A stretch of DNA of 56,718 nt, filler included, from Sluysia triapertura (GCA_046118255.1; 4 parts of 4 records of this genome joined end to end with filler, not necessarily neighbours in it); one strand, 5' to 3'; counted from the first letter of the whole stretch, positions 12,369 to 25,594 are shown. Made by a program: numbers and translations. Notes: a model not told the origin generated them from the letters alone.

Positions 12369-13050
12369 ATGGGACAAAATAAAAGTCAGAAGAATAACAA
12401 TGATAAACCAAACAATTGGCCTGCAGGTTCGAACATGGTGAAGCAAAGGCTTACCTATGCTCAAGCCTGCAATAACGGCACTTATAAGAAAATCTGCGGA
12501 CAAACAGAGTCCATGACTAATGAAATACCACTACAACAGAATTCAATCAGAATAAAAATTAAATGCCAGACCTGTGGTTCCAATATAAATACCACGAGAG
12601 ATCCGAAGAGGAATATCACTATCTTAGACAATATTACAAAACATAAACAAGCTTGGTTCGTCTATAACTCGAAACCATTTATGTCAAATCGTAGTTTCCA
12701 ACAACGTGGAATTACCAATGGAGCTACGATCAAATTTCAACACAAACTATTAGGCGGAAACGATGACCCACCAAGTACCAAGAATGAAAAGACTGAAACA
12801 AACGCTGAAACACCTCTCTCTCCAGTCAATTTCTTCTTTGACAGTAATGTCACCAGAATACCCTGATAGTATTACTCGAAGCATATTTGAAATCGCAAAA
12901 TGTAAGTAATGCAACACTGAAATTTTCTATAGCCGTGCCATCGTTGTCCCTGGACTTAGTGGTCGCTATAAGCCCTAAAATGTCAACATATTTGTGAGCA
13001 CTCAATCCATTCGACGAATTGAAGGACGTCTTAACGACACATTTTAGTCA
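12369..13050 (+). mobile_element. Ty3/gypsy-like gag relic with N-terminal leader and ubiquitin-like domain
   Basis: 165-aa ORF (MGQNKS...; Ubl at 12546-12758 ending KLLGG). After two frameshifts it continues as MSPEYPDS / LLEAYLKSQNVSNATLKFSIAVPSL...NPFDELKDVLTTHFS, resembling the DUF7041-type gypsy Gag N-terminus (FWPEDPELWF..LEAQF...I.SD.TKF..VV.SL...NPYD.LK..LI.RFS). Confidence 0.6.
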
Positions 13051-14029
13051 TAATAGCAGTGAACTTTCCCATTAATACTTCCATTAATATCACTTTTAAT
13101 TTCCGGACAAACCATAAATAATTTTGTCTGATTTAGCAGTAATGTTGTTATTATTATGCCTCTTAGGCAATTAATTTATATTATTATGTTATTTTATAAT
13201 TGCAGATACTGGTTCCAGCTTGATTCTGCATAAGGTATTTGATTTTAATTGATTTAACAAATATTGACTTGTAGTAAATTGTGTTATCATTTTACATAAA
13301 TAAAATTTCTATATTTTGGATCTCAGTATTTTATCTATTATTTTATATAGACATTATATAACAAATGTGGAAGTAAATATCGTACTTTTTGATAAATAAT
13401 AAATATTTACGTTTTGTTTTGTATATATGAACAGGATGCGATTAAAAATGTTCTTTGTATGATACTAATTCATGTAAATTATCAAAAACTTTATTAATTT
13501 CAATTTCAGCTGTTTCCTGATAAGTATAAATAACACTTTCCTGATTTTCAACATAAATTCAATACGTGATCTACTTGATTTTTCAGTGCATAAAAATCGT
13601 GATTTATTTTTGCTGAGTCTACTTTTTCTTCAAAAATAAGACCTTTGGTAAGATATTTTGATTTTCGAGTTCCGTTAAATAAATATGACAATATTCTCTG
13701 ACATTCACAACAAAATTCTTTCGTACCTTTACTGGCGTGACAGAGCACTTGATTTCAGTTTTGGTTTATTATCTTAACAAGTGATTAATACAGAGGTGAA
13801 TTGTTCATTTAACAACAAATATCCAGTTTTAAGTAAATTAACAAAATCGATTTTATATTGTTCGTCGTATTAATGATTTGTTTGGTGATTAATTTCGGTC
13901 ATTTTATTTTTAAGATTTTAATTCATCAGCTCACAATGTTTTAACTACTTCATCTGCTTCTGTGTATTATATTTAAAACACGCATTTGTGTATGTGATTA
14001 TGTCATGTATGTGTGGAGTTCACTATATT

Positions 14030-15184
14030 ATGCATTCATTATTTTTATTTACATTAATTTTATTTTTTCGAATGAATCAATCTAACATCAGCATTAGTAA
14101 AAATTACGTTCCAGTTATAAGTCAGAATCATATTTTTTTAATCATATTATTACGAGGATATGCTCTGATTACAGTCACAAACAATTTTATTGATGAGAAT
14201 ATGCAAGATATAATTTTATTATTAAACGGAGTACAATCGACTACTTTTGAAAATCAGGTACGCAGAAATACTTCATGCGGAAAAACTACTTCAATATAAA
14301 AAATACTGCTGAACTGAAAAAAAATTCCGAAGTTATGTGGTTAGAGGATTCTCATTTAGAATTAGAAGAGTTTCATAATCCTGTTAATAGGTACGACAGT
14401 TCATGCAGTAATTTACATAACTCTTTGTATGTCGATTTCGATTGTTTTACGGTGAACAATGGATTAGACGACGTTCAAATTTACTCTACCTATAATTTAA
14501 TTCAATGTATTTTAATTGTGGGTATGGAGTAGCAAGTGAAATAAGTTGTTCACTGGACTTATTCAGTAACGTCATCCATGCTAATGGCAATAGTAGAATT
14601 TTTATCTCTTCCGGGATTATTTGCTCCTTCGTTCGGTTTTCATCAACTTCATTTAATAAAAACTAATCAAGAAAATCTTTTGATTAAAAAACGAAAAAAT
14701 TAACTAAAATGAAAATGTTTGTTTTTGGAAATTCAGAAAAAACGATATTGCAACAGCCGAATTATCCTCAAATTTGTATCAAAATACAACAAAATAGTAT
14801 CACTGAGAATGGTTCTGATTGTATGACTCTAAAGGTGCCTAATTTAACTTCTGGTCGATTTCTTCTGTTTGTAAACTGTATCTGTGGTAAAAAAGGTGTC
14901 GATATGCATGGAGAATGTGAAATAATTAATAATATTATGAATAAAACATGTTCCGCAGTATTTATAAATTCTATGTACAATCCATTAATTCATCTTTGTT
15001 AACCATCAACTGCTCTATTTTGCACCGTAATATCGTCTATACTACTTCACTTAAAACAAATATTATTCATGTAACGACTTTGTTAAAAGATGCAAGTACA
15101 AACGACAACACTAAAGATAAAATCAATAATTATACTTTAGATGCACTCGAGAAATTCAACTTATTAAATTTATTCTTTTCATAA
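14030..15184 (+). pseudogene. Decayed Cys-containing orphan/env-like ORF, copy C
   Basis: Signal-peptide-like MHSLFLFTLILFF followed by four successive same-strand ORF fragments, beta-rich with several Cys and NxS/T sequons. Confidence 0.4.
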
Positions 15185-18100
15185 ATTCTTTTCTGATGTA
15201 TACATCATACATACATCATTAACTGACTATTGCAAAACAATCAAAATCTTCGGACGATACCGATTTAAAACCTTTATCACAACTACAATGTCTTACGTTG
15301 CGACTAAATATAGTTCAACTACACAATGCAAAAACCTCGCAAACACTAAGTTTTCTCACTAAATCTCCAAGATTTGAAATATAGATTTTTTAATATTTGC
15401 TTACTGTTTTATTTTTATTATTATTATCGACTTATAGTAAATTGATAATAATTACTATTATTATTAATTAAAAATATGATGAATCAATAATGATGATATA
15501 GACAATGATAGTCTTAGAAATGTGTAAAAAGCCAAATCTTAATAAAGATGTAGATCGTAATGAAAACATATTTCCTCATATAATCATCAATTTAAGTTTT
15601 AATACAAGTTTCTCTAACTTATATTTACATCTAATATTCCATATGTAATATGTTAATGCTACATTTTTTTATTACATATCAGATTCGGAATTGTTCTTAC
15701 ACAAAGATTCATTCTAAATATTTCTAGTGTATCAAATTGTTCTATGATACGCACTTCTGTGTTAACATTTTTAAAATTAATTAAATAATTTCTTTCGTTA
15801 TCTCTTAATGTAAAAAGCAAGACTTCTATTTTTCTATAAATAATATATTACCAATTATTAATTATTACTTATTATTAATTTTATTTATTTATATATTTAA
15901 ATTTATGATTTTAATTTTCAATTATTAATTTCAGTAATACTTTTCTATTGTTAATTTAATTTTCATTATTAAAATTAAATTTTATTTTTAATATAACTTT
16001 ATTTTTATTTAATTTTAGATAGAGACCTGACAGTTGAATTTATATGTAAGTCGTTTTGATGCAACAACAGAACCTGAATAGATTTTAACCAAATATTTTA
16101 TATACTATAACTCTTAAGAACCCTAACAATATTCTATGATCAAATGTACGAAATTACATCTGCCCTATTTGTAATACACAACTACTATCAAATTTAGCCG
16201 AATATTTCTTTATAAATACAAGATGGAAAACGCGATATATTCCCAAAGACTACGTGCTTGAAAACAAACGAAAACACTAATTTGTTAATTTTTTCGAAAC
16301 ATTTCAAAAAAAATACTAAATAAAATTATTAAATAAACCATTACTACTAGCTTTGTGATTGAGATGACAAATTATAGCCTCAAAACTATTTTTGTTGAAT
16401 TCTAATAAAACAAAATTAATGCCTATTCAAAGTAATAATCAGGATTGTGCTGTTTTAAATATTTCCTTTCTGAATTCTTAAATATTATAAATGCAATGTT
16501 GCGAAGGAAATAAGAACTAAAGCTTGAATATCTTATAAAAAAAATTCCGATGTTTAATTTAATAAAACACAAATAAATTATTTTGCGAAATTAATTTTCT
16601 ATTCATTTGTTTAATTTAAAAATATATTTATATTTGTAAATATACATTTGATGGAAAACCTTTTAAAAACAAATAAAATTTTATGAAATTTTATTACTAT
16701 TTTAAACTATTTTTATATATTTTTATACCCAAAATAAATGCAGATTAAGTATGTTGAAATCTGATTATTGGATGTGATGCATTAAATTTAAATTTTCTGA
16801 GTAACTGACAGAGCAAGTAATTATTTAAATCAAAGTCGTTCAAAATTGGCTAATTAATGGTTTATTAAAGCTATCATTACTAGTGGAATATTTTTGTTGA
16901 TCTGCACCATTGTCAAGTACATTATCTCTTTCTTGAAGTTTCAAAAATATTTCACGATAATAGTTTAATTCCTAAATATAAATAAATATTAAGTTATACT
17001 TGGATAATCAAAAAGACGAATTATTGAACTTGGAACTTATTATATAAGTTAAATTGTTGTATTGTCAGGTGTGCTTGTGTGTGTTGCATTTTTGAAAGTT
17101 TTATTTGATAAATAAATTGATGTCCACTGATTTCTCTTTCAACTTCATTAACAATCATTATTAAAACTAAATTATTTCGATCTTAAAAAATTAAAAGTGT
17201 AACATAAAAGTACATTCACTTAAAATTTAATATATTAATAACTTAAAATTGAAGTTGGTATCAATAGAAATTTATATTAAACTAAGTTTAAAAATTTTAC
17301 AGTGTAAAAGTCGCAAGATCAACTATTAGATATTTTGTAAATGTGTAGACAATTTAATTTGTCGTCGCAATAACTTTTAATTAGAAGTACGAGTCTCGAA
17401 GCATTAAATTTATATAACTTGGAAATCAATCGACTACTAAAAGGATTTAAAAATTCAGTATGGCCACTAAATGAAACATTAATAATAGAAAATAGTCTAC
17501 TCATAATTGAAAACAAAACATAATAAAGTTTAAAAATAATATATATTGTATTTTTTGTTTAAAAAACGTGCATCAAATATCAAACTGTGAGAGTGTAATT
17601 TATACAAATTTTAATAAAATGAAATATTCGAGTAATCTTATTAGCTTTAAAAGAAACAGAAAAAGTTCTGGAGTTAAGAAAGAAAATAACAAAGACGAAC
17701 TTAATTTAAGAAATAAAATTTAAAAAAATGGAATTTGTGAATATCATGATTCTGGTTAAACAGAAGCATCATAAGAATGAAAAACAAACGTTTTTAATAA
17801 AATGTAAATGAAAAGTAAACAAATACCAACTAACTCATAATCACTAAATGAATGTACATGACAAAATAAAATTTTAATATGACCAACCAATATATTTTAT
17901 AATATAATAAAACGTATAATATATCATATATGTAAAGTTACTTTTTAGTTTATATGTTAATTTACTTCTCTTCTATAACAGCATCAAGAAAAATATATTA
18001 TCGACAAAAATGCAACCTGTGTTAATTATAATTGATTGCTTTTATTGAGAAATAAAAAAATTAAATTATTGTTTTTAGACAATTTTATTATTTATTTAAT

Positions 18101-19632
18101 GTTTAACTATTATTTTTATTATAATAAGTAAAATATTTATATTTAATACTAAATGGAATACCTAAAAACATTAAAAACATTTAAAATTTAATAAATTATT
18201 TAATATTAAAAAATTTTGTTTTAAAAATTCAAAATATAAACAGTTTTGTTTATATAAAGAAATATCCAAAATGGTTGTGTAAATTTCTTATAAATAGGGA
18301 AATTTAAGCGAAGAAAATTCAAGTAATAAAAATTTGTTGGAAAAATTCAAGCAGCTTTGTAATTAATCCATGAATTTAAGTTTATTTTTATAAGTTTAAA
18401 GTCCTTATCGTAAAAGGAAGGACCTAAAATCCACTTAATATTATTTTTTAATTTTGATGCTAGGTCGTATAAGGCTAGCTCAACATTCACCTAAAATTAT
18501 ATAAATATCAGATCCGTCTGAATATTATTAAAATATTATTATTATACTTGTATAAATTTGAATATTGTCAGTTAATATACATTAAGATTTTATTCTTTTT
18601 CGTATAAAAAATCATTGTTTTCCTTAGACGTAAAAAGGCTAGCTTAACTTTTAAAAACATAAGCATTTTGTTAGACTGTAAAAAGCTAACTTAAAATACA
18701 AATTTAATATATTTATCATAAATACTACGTGATCGATTTCGAAAGCTACGTGACTGTTCTTAAACTTAAAATATAACGTGATTAAATTTAAAATCCTAAT
18801 AGAACGACTTCGTTCAGATTTAAGTCGTATAAATTGGGCGATCTTATCTCCAGAATCTTTTTGCAAGCACAAGTTAAATCTTTTTAAGTAAACACTTGCA
18901 CTTTCAAGAGATTCAAAAACATAAAAACAAATATCCAATGTTTTAAAATTATATAAAATAATAAAGATAATTGATATAAAATGTGTGACAATGAAGTAAA
19001 ACTCTATATTGTTTTCATTTTTTTAAATGATTTTATATCTAGCTTAAGCTAGATTCAAATAAATTAGATTTTTAGTAAAACAATAAAATAAACCGTTTAA
19101 AGTTTTTATAACTAAAAAGTTTTATTACAATTTTATAAAACACAAATTATATTATTACAAATACAAAAATGGGTGTATTCTGATAACTATCTTGATTAAA
19201 TGCAACATATTTTGTATCAATAAGGCAAATAAAATTAATACCAATAAAAATTTAAGATTATGAAAAGCAGTACGGGAAAAATATATTTTAGTATAAATTA
19301 GGCTTTTCTAATCCTAAATATTTAATATATAACTTTTTGTTTGTCATATTTGTATAAGATCGTATAAGTTAAAAAGTTAGGGAATAGTGGCAAATTTTGT
19401 GTTCATAACAGATGAATTAATTTTATTATTCATGCATTAACTTTGTATTATTATAATTATAAAAATTCAAATAACTTTTCGAAGTTCCTCAATATTTTTC
19501 ATTAATCGCTGATTCTGTTGCATAACTTCACTTAATTTTGTTAGATTAGAATCTTTCATTGATTCCAGATTCGAATTGGATATTGAAGCAACCTATTATT
19601 ATGTAACAATAAATTATAATAATAATTTGTTA

Positions 19633-20251
19633 TAGGGTGTTTCAATATGTTACGTAAATTTTGCATGAATAACGTAAACCTTGCAATCAATTAAGTAATA
19701 TAAGTATTTGAAAAATAAAAATATTTAATTAGTTTAAAAAATGAAAATCAAAAATATAAATTTAGTTTTTATTCTAGGATTATTTCTTTGTTTACGGCTT
19801 TATTCAAATGTGAAAGCATTTTCCTATAAAAAGCACGATAATATTCTGAAATTATTTCTCTAAGTTTATCAGAAATTAATATTTTCAATTCATTTTCATT
19901 TTTTGTCACCTCAGATAACTAAATTTTTTAAAACCGAAAAACATTTTCTATTGGATTTAAAAAAGGATAATAGGTGGTAAGTATTTCATCTTTTAATCAT
20001 CGATAATAATGAATTCTGGTATTATCCATTATAAAAATAGGATCATGTACATTTTTTAACGTACGTACTGATTTTATTACTTTAATAGTTGTTTTATCAA
20101 ATATTTTATAATAAATGACGAATTTTTAAAGTAATTCAATGTTTTTATTTTTCAAATATTTATATTACTTAATTTATTGCAAGGTTTATGTAATTGATTG
20201 AAAGGTTTGTGTTATTCATGAAAAATTTACGTAACAGATCGAAAAACCCTA
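19633..20251 (-). mobile_element. Internally deleted IS630-Tc1 (DDE_3) transposon with long TIRs
   Basis: About 105-125 bp imperfect TIRs starting TAGGGT(G/T)TTTC. Minus-strand remnant PIFIMDNTRIH...YLPP / YPFLNPIENVF. Confidence 0.85.
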
Positions 20252-22063
20252 AATATGAAATAATATATGAAATAATAAAAATATTAAAATTTGCAAATTT
20301 AATGCGATCACAAATTTTGCATTACATGCGGTTACAAGTTGTGTTATAAAATAAATAATGAATCTTTATTATTAACAAAACTGAGCTTTTCATTGGAATT
20401 TTAACATTATTTTAAAATTTATTAATCAAAATTACGCGAAATTTTTCGAAAGATTAAATTGAATGATTAAAACACTGCATTTCAAACATATCTATCAGCT
20501 AGCAAAAATAAAAAAATTTTGTTTAATTTTAAATCAATATAATTTTGAAATAATTATATTATTAGGGGTAATATTTGAAGTAATTTGAATAAAACTAGAA
20601 TTTCACATAATTTCTGTGTAATATAAATATTAAAAAATACTCAAATAGCAAAGAAACAAAGTAAACATTATAATTTATTATAATTCTTAAAATAAATATT
20701 TAATAATATAAACAATAGTTTAAAATAAATTACTCAATAAATTTGATAAATCTATGAAAAACTTGCAAATTTGAAAATGAGAAATAAATATTTCAACAAT
20801 ACACTTAAAAGAAACAGAAATACGGAATAATGAAGCTTACCATACTTAATTAACCAGAACAAGAACACCTGACATGCAAAAAAGTGGACTTATAACAAAG
20901 CTATAATATAGAATTAAATTAAGTGGGTGTAAATACAACATTTACAGTGGTCAAAACCCAACATTACCTATTCATACAATAATGTACTTTTAAATTCTAG
21001 AATTTTCGATCAATCTTCATTGGTTGATAACAAGTATAGACATACTAGTATGAATCGAATTTCAATTCAGAATTTAATTTATCAGAAAATTTATTAATCA
21101 CTAGTTGGTTCTCATTACTAATTCTTAATGACGCTGTATTGTGGTTTATATAGCCAACGATTTAATTCAGTGCTATTCGATTTTAATTCTTAGGCAGTAA
21201 AAATTTAGTACATACCATATATTACTAAACATTTGTAGTTAACCGTACTTAGTTTTTTGAATTAATATAATGTAGTTAATTTTGGTGATTTTTTTGATTT
21301 ACGTTAAAATCTTGTAATTGAATGCTAGACCATAAAAGCTAGCTTAATTTAGTTATTAAATTTATTAATAAGACATTTATTGTAGGCGTGTACTGCACCG
21401 CTATTTACACAAAATAGGATTAAGTTAAACAATCCTTAAGTAATAAATCATAGGATTACTAAAATTTTGATTATGAGAGTCTTCCACTTTACTACTTAAG
21501 TTAAATCCTAACAACATCTTTTGCTTGCAAATATAAACAGTTTCGTGTTAGGCGAACTGACTTCCAGGTATTTTTTCGTAGCAAAACTACTTGCACAATG
21601 GTCAAAGCATATATAATCAATTACAATTTTATGCTGAAATCAATTCACTCACAATCATTAAATTTTATGTAACTATTCAATACAGAGAAAAGGGTAATGC
21701 TATTAAGCTCTATAAAGTAAGAAGGTTTTTACTGCTGTACAGAATTTTAAACAGTTCAAAATACAAAACTTTTCAAATTCTAAAATAGTCATTAGATCTA
21801 AATTAATATGATAATGTAAGTTTTATATAAGTAAATCTAGTTTTTCTCAAGCTTCTGCATTCTTTCTTCCACGGTAGATTCTTTTCTCTTAATCGCCTTT
21901 CCAAAATTTAACTGTGCTGACGTGAAGTTATCGTTAAAATTGTGTTCAGTGATAAACAATATCTTAAGAAAAATCTAAAGACCACGAAAAATGAAGGTGT
22001 TTGTAAAGTATAATATACTACAGCTTACATTGCAAACTTTGTAGCAAATAAATTAAATATATA

Positions 22064-22471
22064 ATGAAATTTGTTCACATTGTTGGTCCCATTGTTGGCA
22101 AAACTACAATATCTAACAAAGCATCACAATTGCGTGGTAGAATATTCATTGATGCAGATGATTCAGAAAATAATTTTAACAAAATTAAAAATAATAAATC
22201 ATTGAGCGATGAAGATAGATTACTATAGTTAAGAAGAATCAGAAATTTCATAAAAATTTAGAAAATAAATATATTAAAAATGCAATATAGGGAAATAATA
22301 TATCTTCTTTTTGTGTATTTAAAAGTACCATATGATATTTTATATCATTTTTTGCCAGAAAGTTTAATTAAATCTCAAATTTCAGAATGTCAATATAATG
22401 CAAATCATGAAAATTGCACGCATATTAGTAAGACCAAAGATAATGAGATTTTAAAAGAGAATAAGACCTAA
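22064..22471 (+). pseudogene. IDNK: Gluconokinase (IDNK/GntK-like) pseudogene
   Basis: Single frame: MKFVHIVGPIVGKTTI...FIDADD..ENNFNKIKNNKSLSDEDRLL*L...LKMQYREII.LLFVYLKVPYDIL.HFLPESLIKSQ. Two TAG stops, shortened P-loop, ACSAL motif missing. Confidence 0.75.
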
Positions 22472-23907
22472 AAATGAACAAATTAATAAAGTTATACGCA
22501 AGAAATTTAAAAAGAAATTAAAGTTAAGAATATCAATACAATAATTTAAAATACTGTCGCGATACAAATATTATCAAAAACAATGTCTTAAATTAGTATT
22601 ACTGAGTCATACTCTTACCATATTCAAGAACAGGTTTTATCTTCAGAATATTCAAGAAATAACCGATGATTTTATATATTTTCGATAATTTTTAAGTCAT
22701 TGTACCTTAAAGCTGAATGAATAGTAGCTTCTACATAATCATCAATAGTGTATGAACGTGCAAATATCGTGTAATAATATTTAATATTCTTTTAAATTGT
22801 TTTATAAGTATGTAAATATTGTAAAATCAATTATAAATAACTTTTAATTTTCTTTTAAATTGTTTTATAAAATTAATTTTAATGTAAATAAATCTTTATT
22901 TTAAATTCAATTATTGTAAAACATTATTGTAAAAGCAGTTTAAAAACAAAATTTTAAAACTTCATTGAAATAATAATAAAAGTAGTAATAAAATTAGTTT
23001 TTCTAAGCAATAAAATTTTTAATCTATATAATAAAAATTGGTAATAAAATTTTGATTGAAAAAAAAATTTTATTATTTTTATGAAATTTTTGTACAATTC
23101 AAAAATCCCTTTTGCATGTCGTTACTTTCGATGTTACGCATTCAGAAATTTTTTCTTACCAAATACTAACAAGCGCATTTAAAATAAAAATGAACATTAT
23201 AAGAAAAGGCTCTATACTATATTATGATCTGGTCATGTTAGTAATATTCTTACTAATAAATCATTAATAAATAAATCTGAATCTAATTGCTTTAATATCT
23301 CAAATTATTAGTAGAATATTCATTGAATTAGTAGAATATTTCGAGATTCGATAACTCATATGTCGGATAAGTCACAGACAGTATCAATGTTTAGAGAGCT
23401 ATCCTCATTAACTATAAACTTAGATTGCTTTTCAACTATTGTTCTATTAAGAGATTTTTTAAAACCCTCAAGAAAAATTAATGTAAATTGAAATGATCTT
23501 TAAGGTCAAAAAATATTATCTAAGTTAATAATTTTAGAACTGAGATTTTAGTCATGCCTACAAATCGGAAGTTGCACGATTATGCTTGCAGATAAATCCG
23601 GCAATAAAAATAACAAATATTTCGCTTGCTTATTTTGTAATAGAAAATTATCAAAAGTAACTATTAACAAAACAACATATTTTAAAATAAGTTAATTGGT
23701 TTAGCTATAAGTAGAAAAAGAATTTCGTGGAGATGTCTATTATATTGATTAAATAAACAATATTGTAAACCTAAATATTAAATTAGTTCATTTTAATTGA
23801 AAATTTAAGTGTGTATTAATTTTTTCTGAAGTAATCTTTATTTAGAATATTTAATTTGCAGCGAAAAATCTACATACGGAGTAGAATAAATCATTGAAAA
23901 TATTTAA

Positions 23908-24090
23908 CATTAAACATACCATAACCGGTCATCAGATTTATTATAATATAATTTTTTTAATGTAAATTTGTTTGTTTATATATAAAATTAAGTCATATTA
24001 TAAAATGGTTAAAAAAGCAATACAATTTCAAAGTATTTTTTAAAGTAAAAACTGAAAACGGTCATTTGACCGGTTGTGGTACCTTTAGTG
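23908..24090. mobile_element. piggyBac-type MITE, 183 bp
   Basis: TTAA on both sides; 24-bp TIRs CATTAAACATACCATAACCGGTCA / CACTAAAGGTACCACAACCGGTCA (20/24). Confidence 0.85.
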
Positions 24091-25145
24091 TTAAACTTTT
24101 ACAATAAAAATATGAACTTAGAATCAAATAACCTTATGACCAAAATCAGTTTCAGTTTTAACGTCATGTAATGATCTAGAACGAGAAAAATGAATTTCGC
24201 TTTCAATTTGATATGCATCAAAATCGGTTTAATTAATTTGTTTCAAACTTAAATTCAAATTAGGTGATCTATAAGGAACTCGGGACACACGAACTGGAAC
24301 ATGGAATTGTTTTTTAAATTTTTTTAATTTTCGATGATTCTACCGATTTAAATTTGTTCATAAGTTCTTCAATATTAAATTTACTCAAATTTTTAGATCG
24401 TAACAATCTGACACAAAAAAACCAATTCATTGTAAGTAAATAAGCCATTTCTACTGCTGGTAAGTTTATTCAAAACTGAATACAAATGTTGAGGTAAACC
24501 AGGTATTCCATGAGGCAATTCAATTTTTATTTGTTCTAAGCTAGCAAAACCACTACTATTTATTTCATAAACATTAAATAATTTGCGTAATTGGGATGCA
24601 AATTCCAGAGATAAATTAGATATTTGTTTTACATTAAAATTCTGCATGTTTATAATTTATAGATCATTTTTATTTGATAATATTTTATGTGATGAGTTCC
24701 CTACAGTGTCCAAAAGAAAAAAACCAGAGGTGAAGCAACAAAAATTAAAATTTGACAAATAATAATATTTATATGCTTTCAAGTAATTATATTTCAACTC
24801 AAATAACCAAAAACTATAAGATAAATTGGGCAGGGAGTCTCCAAAAAAATTTATTAATAGCTGTATTGAAAAATAGAATATTTAAAATTTCTTAAGATAA
24901 ATTGTATAGGGAGTCTCCCAAAAAATTAAATGAATAACAAAATTATGTCGATATTTTCAAAATTAAAACAAAATCTCCCCAAAATTATTCAATTATAAGA
25001 AAAACTAATAATAATAATAACAAAAAATTTACCAAAATTATTGATCTTCACAACATTTGACCGTTAGCTGACTGTGTGCTTGTGTCGTAAAATTTTATTT
25101 TATATTCTATCATTATCCAATAAATCCGGAGTTTCACAATAAAAC

Positions 25146-25490
25146 ACACACAAATCATCAAAACCTCTTTGATAATTAGACCAACAATAACAATTTCGAC
25201 AATTTCATGGTACGATTTGTCAAACTTCATTAAGTACAAAACACGAAAATTGATTTATTATCAACTATCTACTCTACTCAATCTATTTTTACGTAAATTA
25301 CTTCTTAATTAAAATAGCATTCAACAATATTGTTAACATACATAAAAATAATGAATTTAATTTCACTTTTCAGAATTTAATTGATTTTCGATTTTCAGAC
25401 CCAATTTTATAATGAAAAGTGTTTAAGCTTCTTATTCTCAAAAAACCACTCTATAAAAAACATTTCAAAATCACTTCTAAATTCTCCTCT
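25146..25490 (+). repeat. Dispersed repeat homologous to 5543-5830
   Basis: Colinear shared blocks acacaaatcatca..attagaccaac..catggtac..ttgtca and aatt.aatt.attttc.att...caatttt...tgtttaa...aaacatttcaa. Confidence 0.75.
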
Positions 25491-25594
25491 TCCATAGCAG
25501 TCATCATTCTAAGTATTAAAAATTCAACATTGCATAATTAAGAATTAATTAAAATTTGACTTTGCTCAATATTAAGGCTTTCCTTGCATGAACT

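Larger units (their letters stand above)
16840..24647 (-). pseudogene. Suppressor APC domain-containing (SAPCD)-like gene, disrupted in this assembly
   Basis: Exon 24133-24647: NLSLEFASQLRKLFNVYEINSSGFASLEQI...PGLPQHLYSVLNKLTSSRNGLFTYNELV resembles the SAPCD2 N-terminus; contains two homopolymer frameshifts and a TAA at 24229-24231. Clean phase-0 coiled-coil exons at 19476-19592 and 16840-16971 are joined by inference only. Confidence 0.55.

Noticed and set aside
3015-13050. Functional linkage between host MVB12 (ESCRT-I) and the Ubl-Gag
   Set aside because: About 8 kb apart across a gap in a eukaryote; proximity carries no functional evidence.
22064-24647. Alternative genetic code (TAA/TAG reassignment)
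   Set aside because: Intact genes terminate with TAA (ABCC), TAG (Kelch) and TGA (Mieap) and have no internal stops; stops occur only in decayed regions.
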